DNA from: Bacilli bacterium | Lineage (GTDB): Bacteria; Bacillota_I; Bacilli_A; RF39; UBA660 | Reading direction: 5' to 3' | NCBI GenBank assembly: GCA_016283075.1 | Contig: JAEEMF010000018.1 | Span: 2,445 to 66,444 of the forward strand | Length of the DNA: 64,000 nucleotides | In this document: piece after piece, positions 58,161 through 64,000 of the stretch | Layout of the letters: the number at the start of each line of letters is the position of its first letter | How positions within the stretch are numbered: the first letter of the stretch is position 1 | Notes under the pieces: model-generated | Seen by the model: the letters and a program-made list of their open reading frames with translations, nothing else | Told to the model about the DNA's origin: nothing | Database searches by the model: none | Program-made: the position numbers and the translations under genes

Positions 58161-59165
58161 TTATTTGTCAACTATTTTATAATTTTCTAAAGCAGTTACT
58201 GCTTCATCAAATGTTTTAACAGGTATTATATCTATATCAAGTTTATATTTTCTTTTTACTTTTACAGCTTCATCATAGTTTTCACCATAAGGTACTAAAA
58301 ATATTCCTGCTTTAGATTTAGCAGCACCTAATATTTTATATTTAACTCCTCCTATTTCACCTACTGAGCCATCTTCATAAATAGCACCAGTACCTGCAAT
58401 AGTAAGGCCTTTTGTAATATCTTCTTTAATAAGTTTATTATAAATTGTTAAAGCATTTATAAGACCACCAGAAGATCCTGATTCATTATTTTTAAAATCA
58501 AATTCACATTTAGGATTAGTTTCATACTTAATAACATCTATAGAAAGTATTCCTATTTTAGGTTTACCTTCATAGTCTATAAGTGTTGCTGTTCTAGTTA
58601 GTTTTTTAGTGCCACTTATTACTTCATAAGTAACTTTATCTCCTATTTTATAAGTAGCCATTAAATTACTTAGTTCTTCAGAAGAACCTATTTTTACACC
58701 ATTTGCTGATTTAATAATATCTCCTATTTCAAAATCTGATTTAGTATCCTTATATACAAAACCTACTACAGCATCTTTAGAAGCTACTTTAACTTCTAAA
58801 CCAGCTTTTTCATAAGCTACTTTAACAGCATACTTATTACCAGCTTTTAAAAGTACTTTACCAAGTCCTATTTCTTCATCTTGAGTTATTCCCCCATTAT
58901 CTTCAGGTTTTACTATATCCCACTTGCTATTTATTAAGGCATATAAGTAAAAGATAGGAGTAGCTCTTAGTTGTGACACATAAGTCATATTAAATGTTCC
59001 TTTACTACTATACTCATTTTCTATAGTAATACGCTCTGTTGTATCAATCATTCTTCCTGGAGCTTCTATGTAACAAGGTAAACTATATGTTGAAATAAAT
59101 ATTGTTACTAAAATGGTAATTATATATAACCAGTTTTCTTTTAAAACTCTTTTAAGTTTTTTCAT
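58161..59165 (-). CDS. YlbL/SepM-type membrane serine protease (PDZ + Lon-like S16 domain)
   Basis: TM anchor, PDZ-like GDIIKSANGVKI, Lon-like ESGSSGGLINALTIYNKL...TGAIYEDGSVGEIGGVKYKILGAAKSKAGIFLVP. Start MKKLKRVLKEN at 59165. Confidence 0.8.
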   Translation of the reverse strand: MKKLKRVLKENWLYIITILVTIFISTYSLPCYIEAPGRMIDTTERITIENEYSSKGTFNMTYVSQLRATPIFYLYALINSKWDIVKPEDNGGITQDEEIGLGKVLLKAGNKYAVKVAYEKAGLEVKVASKDAVVGFVYKDTKSDFEIGDIIKSANGVKIGSSEELSNLMATYKIGDKVTYEVISGTKKLTRTATLIDYEGKPKIGILSIDVIKYETNPKCEFDFKNNESGSSGGLINALTIYNKLIKEDITKGLTIAGTGAIYEDGSVGEIGGVKYKILGAAKSKAGIFLVPYGENYDEAVKVKRKYKLDIDIIPVKTFDEAVTALENYKIVDK

Positions 59166-59186
59166 TATATCACCACTTTCATTATA

Positions 59187-59212
59187 ACAAAAAAGTGGAG
59201 TTACCTCCACTT
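59187..59212 (-). terminator. rho-independent terminator after the pilin gene pair
   Basis: AAGTGGAG-TTAC-CTCCACTT plus a T-run on the minus strand. Confidence 0.7.
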
Positions 59213-59214
59213 TC

Positions 59215-60837
59215 TTAACCAAATTTAACACTTCTTAAAGATATTTTTACATATCCATTTCCATCATGACCTATTTCATATGTTGAATGGTCAGGACTTA
59301 TAAATGTTTTTGTTCCATCAAATAATTCACAACTTGCGTTAGCGCAGTAACCAGAGCCTCCTCCGCCACCTCCGTAGCGAGAACCACCTCCGCCGCCATA
59401 GTAGCCGCCTCCACCGCCACCAGCTGCGTACGTTACTCCATCACTTGTTGTATAAGATGCACCACTACCTCCTTGAAGAAGAGCACCTGCTGTTGGAAGT
59501 GATGTAATAGTTCCTGATGAAGTAGTTGTATATGTTGCTGCTGCACCACCAGATGAGCTTGTTCCAGCTCCTCCTAAATAGCTATCAGAAGAACATGTTC
59601 CAGTAGTACCAGAAGCGCCTCCTCCAGCACCACCATTACAAGTAAAGGATGAGTCATTACGAGATCCACCTCCACCGCCTCCTCCAGCGACAATTATTCT
59701 AGAGTTAACGGCTGATGAACCAAGCCTAACATCACTTGCTCCTCCACCTGATGAAGCTAAATAGGTAGACGAAGTTCCACTATTTCCTCCTCCGTTATAT
59801 CCGCCTATAGCAGCAGTTCCTACAGTACCAGTTACACCTTGTCCTCCAACTGTTACATATAGTTTATCAGAAGTAGATAATGCCATAAAATCTTTAGCAT
59901 ATCCACCTTTACCTCTCATCATTGAAGAGCCTCCACCTGATGCTCCCCATACTTCTATTTCATAAGTACCACTTACTGGTACATTAAACTGTTCTACTTT
60001 TCCTGAGAAGGAATAATTATAAACAGATTCAATTACTTTAACAGTTCTTGATACTTGTGACATTACTTCATTATTTATATTATAAATTGTATAAGTAAGT
60101 GTATATTCTTCTCCAGCTGTATTACCTACATAACCAGTTACATTTACAAGTGGATTATCACTTTTTAAATCAACTTCACTTGTTATAATATCACCTGATT
60201 TAGAATCTACTACATAATATCCTGGATCAACATAATCTACATCAACGTATTTAAAGTCATCTCCACCTATTAAGTATAGTCTTTTTTCAGAATCTACTAT
60301 ATCTGTTAAATTAACATTTGCTACGGTAACAGCCTTACTATTATATTGATATACTACATTAAATCCAAAGTTTTCTTGTTCAAATAAAGTATGATAAATT
60401 GGTACTTCTACATTAAAAATACTATTTTTCTTACTCTTTTCTCCATTAGTATCAAGTATTTTTTCATAGTATACTGCTACATTACCAAAAGTACTTCCGG
60501 ATAGTAAGTTAGTAGCAATACCATCATATTCAATAAATTTACCTTTACGATCTACAATTAACTTCTTAGTCTTTTCACTACTAGATTCTTTATAAATAAA
60601 GTTAACACATATATCGTAACCAGTACATCTTTCAATTTTAGTTATATCTAAATTTAATAAATCATCATTTATATTTTTAGCAAGTATAGCTTGTTTAGTA
60701 AGTAATTTAGTTTTAATACCATTTTCAATATATAGATTTCTTACAACAATAATTATTTCAGTTAAAAGAAGTACTATAACTGTTGTAAGTGATACAGTAA
60801 TAAGTAATTCTACTACAGTAAATCCATTCTTTTTCAT
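59215..60837 (-). CDS. modular type IV pilin-like protein: prepilin N-terminus + Ig-like (DUF5011-like) domain + ALK/LTK-GRD-like glycine-rich domain
   Basis: MKKNG|FTVVELLITVSLTTVIVLLL class III signal. RLYLIGGDDFKYVDVDYVDPGYYVVDSKSGDIITSEV...GEEYTLTYTIYN...RTVKV fits the DUF5011 pattern. Gly-rich motifs are YEIEVWGASGGG, IVAGGGGGGG, GGGGGGYYGGGGG; C-terminus GNGYVKISL. Confidence 0.75.
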   Translation of the reverse strand: MKKNGFTVVELLITVSLTTVIVLLLTEIIIVVRNLYIENGIKTKLLTKQAILAKNINDDLLNLDITKIERCTGYDICVNFIYKESSSEKTKKLIVDRKGKFIEYDGIATNLLSGSTFGNVAVYYEKILDTNGEKSKKNSIFNVEVPIYHTLFEQENFGFNVVYQYNSKAVTVANVNLTDIVDSEKRLYLIGGDDFKYVDVDYVDPGYYVVDSKSGDIITSEVDLKSDNPLVNVTGYVGNTAGEEYTLTYTIYNINNEVMSQVSRTVKVIESVYNYSFSGKVEQFNVPVSGTYEIEVWGASGGGSSMMRGKGGYAKDFMALSTSDKLYVTVGGQGVTGTVGTAAIGGYNGGGNSGTSSTYLASSGGGASDVRLGSSAVNSRIIVAGGGGGGGSRNDSSFTCNGGAGGGASGTTGTCSSDSYLGGAGTSSSGGAAATYTTTSSGTITSLPTAGALLQGGSGASYTTSDGVTYAAGGGGGGYYGGGGGSRYGGGGGGSGYCANASCELFDGTKTFISPDHSTYEIGHDGNGYVKISLRSVKFG

Positions 60838-60838
60838 A

Positions 60839-61810
60839 TTAATGAACCTCCCTATAGTAAAGGTTTGTTTCTCTTTGAGAATCAGTAAGTGTTACTGTAT
60901 CTTCTTCAGCATCTATAAACATATATCCTGATACATTTTTACGATACTGTTCTGTATAAATAGTATTACCACAGAAGTTACTTATAAAAGTATCAGGTGC
61001 TACTTCTACTTCAGTATTTTCTATATAATGATGTATTATTAAACTTGATTCTTTTCTTTGATAAATAATACTTGCTTGATTATCTCCGCCATTTACTAAA
61101 GTAAAGTCTTCTTTAGTAAATCCGGATAAGTAATAACACTTATTATCACTTCTAGCATACATTTCCGTATATACTTTAGAACCACATGTATCTCTACCAT
61201 TATTTGGTTCATAAAGTTCAGTACCACTTGCTTGTTCAGCAGATGAATTAACACCTACATGATGTATTGTAAATGGAATAATATTTGTAACATTACATGA
61301 ATCAGCAAGTATAAATAAGAATCTATATCCATTAAGTACTTTTATACTTGAGTATGATCCATCATCAAATGATGCTATTAATCTATAGCCATCACTTTTA
61401 TCATAATTAATCTTTCTTATGTATTTATTAAAATCTTCACCTAAATCATTATTTTCTATTAAAGGAAATAAGTTTTCATTAGTAATAATAACTTTTTTAA
61501 TACCTAGTTTTTTAAATAATATTTCACAATAATCAAGTGAATCAAAGTATAAATTAGGGCAAGAAGTTAAGTCTATATAATCATTAGTTTTTAAGTATTC
61601 AGCCATTGCAGAATAGTTACTTGTTTCAACATATTTTTTAACATTATATAAGTTGTAAGAAGCACCTATTGCATTGTAAGAATAGCTTTCACTAAAGTTT
61701 GTATTAACATTTTTAAACTCAATATATAAGATAAGTAAGACACTTACAAGCATAGTTGCAACGATAAGTGTTTCCGTTAAAATAAACCCTTTTCTATTCA
61801 ATTTTTTCAT
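60839..61810 (-). CDS. type IV pilin-like protein with two C-terminal MucBP-like repeats
   Basis: MKKLNRKG|FILTETLIVATMLVSVLLILY class III signal. The C-terminal halves FTIHHVGV...YYLSGFTKEDFTLV...SIIYQRK and LIIHHYIEN...SGYMFIDAEEDTVTLT...NLYYRE resemble MucBP units. A 1-nt gap separates it from the next pilin gene. Confidence 0.6.
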   Translation of the reverse strand: MKKLNRKGFILTETLIVATMLVSVLLILYIEFKNVNTNFSESYSYNAIGASYNLYNVKKYVETSNYSAMAEYLKTNDYIDLTSCPNLYFDSLDYCEILFKKLGIKKVIITNENLFPLIENNDLGEDFNKYIRKINYDKSDGYRLIASFDDGSYSSIKVLNGYRFLFILADSCNVTNIIPFTIHHVGVNSSAEQASGTELYEPNNGRDTCGSKVYTEMYARSDNKCYYLSGFTKEDFTLVNGGDNQASIIYQRKESSLIIHHYIENTEVEVAPDTFISNFCGNTIYTEQYRKNVSGYMFIDAEEDTVTLTDSQRETNLYYREVH

Positions 61811-61898
61811 AAAACTTACCCTTTCGTATTGTTTTTATCCTAGAACTATTATATAATATAACTAGAATAAAAGTCTAGTCTAAAAGAGGATAAAGGGG

Positions 61899-63329
61899 AT
61901 GAATTTTTTTATGTTGCGAACATTTGATTTCGAAAAAATACCTATAGTAGAAATCGTTAACGATATATTACTTGACTCTGCAAAACGTGGCGCAAGTGAT
62001 ATTCACTTCGACCCTCAAGATGAAAATATGAAGGTAAGAATTCGTATCGATGGTTCACTTCAAAACTACTGTGAAGTTCCAAATTCTATTAAAAAGAATT
62101 TAACAACTCGTATAAAAATTATAGCTGGTATGAATATAACAGAATCAAGATTACCTCAAGATGGTGCTATCAAAACACAAATACAAGATACTGACCTAGA
62201 TCTCCGTGTTTCGGTACTTCCTATTAGTACAGGTGAAAAGATCGTTATCCGTATCCTTGACTATACAAAGAGTTTAAGTGGACTAGAACAATTAGATTTT
62301 AGTGAAGCAAATTATAAAAAATTATTATATATGATTGGTGTACCAAATGGTATTATCCTAGTAACCGGAGCTACTGGTTCTGGTAAATCTACAACAGTAT
62401 ACTCTATTCTTCAAAGATTAAATAAAGAAGATACAAACCTAATTACTGTAGAAGATCCAGTCGAAATGGATATAGCTGGTATTAACCAAGTTCAAGTTAA
62501 TAGTGAAATAGGACTTACATTTGCAGCAGCACTTCGTTCTATCTTACGTCAGGACCCTAACATTATAATGATCGGAGAAATTCGTGATACTGAAACTGCA
62601 AAGATAGCTGTTCGTGCTTCTATTACTGGACACTTAGTATTATCAACAATCCACACCAATAGTGCTTTAAATACTATTGAACGTTTACTAGATATGGATG
62701 TTGAAAGATACTTACTATCAAGTGCCTTAACTGGTATGATATCTCAAAAACTTGCTAGAAGACTATGTCCTCACTGCAAGAAGTTAAGACCAACTAATGA
62801 ATACGAAAAGAAATTATTTAAGAAAACACTTAATATGGATATAAATGAAGTTTATACAGCTGTTGGATGCGACAAATGTACAAATGGGTATACGGGACGT
62901 ATGGCAATACATGAAGTACTTGTTATTAATCAGGAAATTCGTGATGCTATATCTGCTAATACACCAAAAGAAAAACTTCGTGAATTAGTTTATAGTGGTG
63001 ATACTAAATCAATGCTTCAGGATGGTCTTGAAAAAGTTATTCAAGGACATTCAACTATTGAGGAAATCCTAAAACTAATCGAACTTGAAGATGACGATTC
63101 ATTAAGTGATGATGAAGATTTAAGAAAAGTACTTGAAAAATCTACAGCAGAAGTAAATGCTAGACCTCCAGTACAACAAGGTGTGCCTGCTGCTCAACCA
63201 CAAGTTATGCAGCAACCTACTCCAAATCCTGCTGGATTTACTCCAGGACCTGCGCTTAATCAAGCACCAGCTCCTACCCCAGCACCACAACCTGGTATAG
63301 CAGATTTACTTAATAAAGTACAACAATAA
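61899..63329 (+). CDS. type IV filament assembly ATPase (GspE/PilB/ComGA family) with Pro/Gln-rich C-terminal tail
   Basis: Walker A GATGSGKSTT, Asp box ITVEDPVE, Walker B NIIMIGEIRD, His box GHLVLSTIHTN, tetra-Cys CPHC...CDKC. The last 56 aa are low-complexity P/Q/A. Confidence 0.88.
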   Translation: MNFFMLRTFDFEKIPIVEIVNDILLDSAKRGASDIHFDPQDENMKVRIRIDGSLQNYCEVPNSIKKNLTTRIKIIAGMNITESRLPQDGAIKTQIQDTDLDLRVSVLPISTGEKIVIRILDYTKSLSGLEQLDFSEANYKKLLYMIGVPNGIILVTGATGSGKSTTVYSILQRLNKEDTNLITVEDPVEMDIAGINQVQVNSEIGLTFAAALRSILRQDPNIIMIGEIRDTETAKIAVRASITGHLVLSTIHTNSALNTIERLLDMDVERYLLSSALTGMISQKLARRLCPHCKKLRPTNEYEKKLFKKTLNMDINEVYTAVGCDKCTNGYTGRMAIHEVLVINQEIRDAISANTPKEKLRELVYSGDTKSMLQDGLEKVIQGHSTIEEILKLIELEDDDSLSDDEDLRKVLEKSTAEVNARPPVQQGVPAAQPQVMQQPTPNPAGFTPGPALNQAPAPTPAPQPGIADLLNKVQQ

Positions 63330-63332
63330 AGA

Positions 63333-63365
63333 AAAAGACTTGTAAGATAATCTTACAAGTTTTTA
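63333..63365. terminator. bidirectional rho-independent terminator
   Basis: ACTTGTAAGA-TAA-TCTTACAAGT with an A-run before and a T-run after, between convergent genes. Confidence 0.7.
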
Positions 63366-64000
63366 TTTAATATTTTCCCTGTATTTAAAATTGCTTTTAC
63401 ACGTTTTTCTAGTTCTTTTTGATGTTCAATCGCACTCTCATAGTCTCTTTTAAAACATACTTTACATTTTTCTTGTGCTTCATCTATTTCCTTTTGATAC
63501 CTTGATTTATAGTCTCTATTACATCTTATAAAATCTTCATCACCTAAAAATGATAAATCTAAAAGTACTGTACCTTGATCAACAGGTTCCAGATTAGTAT
63601 ACCAAATGTAATTTCTAATATCGGCATCTGGTTTAGTTAAATGATAAACTTTTTTCCCCGTGATAACATCATGTAATCCCTGTTCATCATCAACAGCATA
63701 TATTGGAACATCGTAATTAACGATACGTCGACGTAAACTATTATTACTATAGTAGAATACTCTTTGATCTTGGATAGTAACCTCATCACAATAATGCGAT
63801 TCCGGTGGCATATCATCAAAATAGTTAGGGATTTCATAATATCCTAGTGTAACCCTATAATATTGTTTACCATTTAAATCATTATAATAATAATTTCTTA
63901 ACTTATAAAAAACTCTATTTAATTCTTGATATTTTTGGTCTTGTCCATATCTATATAATTCTGTACATAAATATTTATATCCTTTTTTTAATAAAGAATC
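63353..64000 (-). CDS. hypothetical cytoplasmic protein, 5' end beyond window
   Basis: The frame of the 63353..63811 ORF stays open upstream to position 64000 (checked codon by codon), so the gene probably starts outside the window. Tyr/Asn-rich, no recognisable motif. Confidence 0.5.
   Translation of the reverse strand, partial: DSLLKKGYKYLCTELYRYGQDQKYQELNRVFYKLRNYYYNDLNGKQYYRVTLGYYEIPNYFDDMPPESHYCDEVTIQDQRVFYYSNNSLRRRIVNYDVPIYAVDDEQGLHDVITGKKVYHLTKPDADIRNYIWYTNLEPVDQGTVLLDLSFLGDEDFIRCNRDYKSRYQKEIDEAQEKCKVCFKRDYESAIEHQKELEKRVKAILNTGKILNKNL

Noticed and set aside
1-64000. Alternative genetic code (UGA=Trp), as in Mollicutes-like AT-rich genomes
   Set aside because: Long uninterrupted ORFs with standard stops (including TGA at the YolD-like gene) and Trp encoded by TGG in conserved positions fit the standard bacterial code.

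Overview
Strongly AT-rich chromosomal window from a low-GC monoderm bacterium (Bacillota-like). Almost all genes are on the minus strand. The housekeeping backbone is confidently recognisable: a dcw-type block (uppP, murG, murB, ftsQ/divIB, ftsA, ftsZ), glmS with its glmS ribozyme leader, and mutS, nusB, xseA, xseB. There is also a YlbL/SepM-type PDZ-Lon protease, a CaCA antiporter and an ABC-2 exporter. I saw no rRNA, tRNA, CRISPR array, transposase or integrase. Three accessory themes are interleaved with the backbone. (1) Type IV filament (pilus/pseudopilus) parts are scattered over the window. A GspE/PilB/ComGA-family ATPase carries a Pro/Gln-rich tail, and at least five proteins have a canonical prepilin N-terminus (G|F-x-x-x-E plus a hydrophobic helix) fused to very large adhesin-like C-terminal modules. 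These are three tandem about 700-aa pilin-BspA-type LRR paralogs, one pilin-Ig-like-glycine-rich fusion and one pilin with MucBP-like repeats. A Cys-repeat protein has a degenerate pilin-like N-terminus. (2) A seven-gene tandem array encodes secreted paralogs. Six carry an ALK/LTK-type glycine-rich (polyglycine-II-like) domain, the same domain that is fused to one of the pilins. (3) A block of cytoplasmic genes has no family I can recognise. It holds two diverged tandem copies of a translationally coupled two-gene module (about 1060-aa B gene then about 990-aa A gene, each copy with its own terminator). This block lies directly downstream of a putatively LexA-controlled operon: Y-family polymerase, YolD-like protein, HipA/PI3-4-kinase-like protein. 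The best candidates for an undescribed system are the modular-pilin plus glycine-rich-domain set and the duplicated B-A giant gene pairs. All domain calls were made by eye from motifs and need HMM or structure confirmation.
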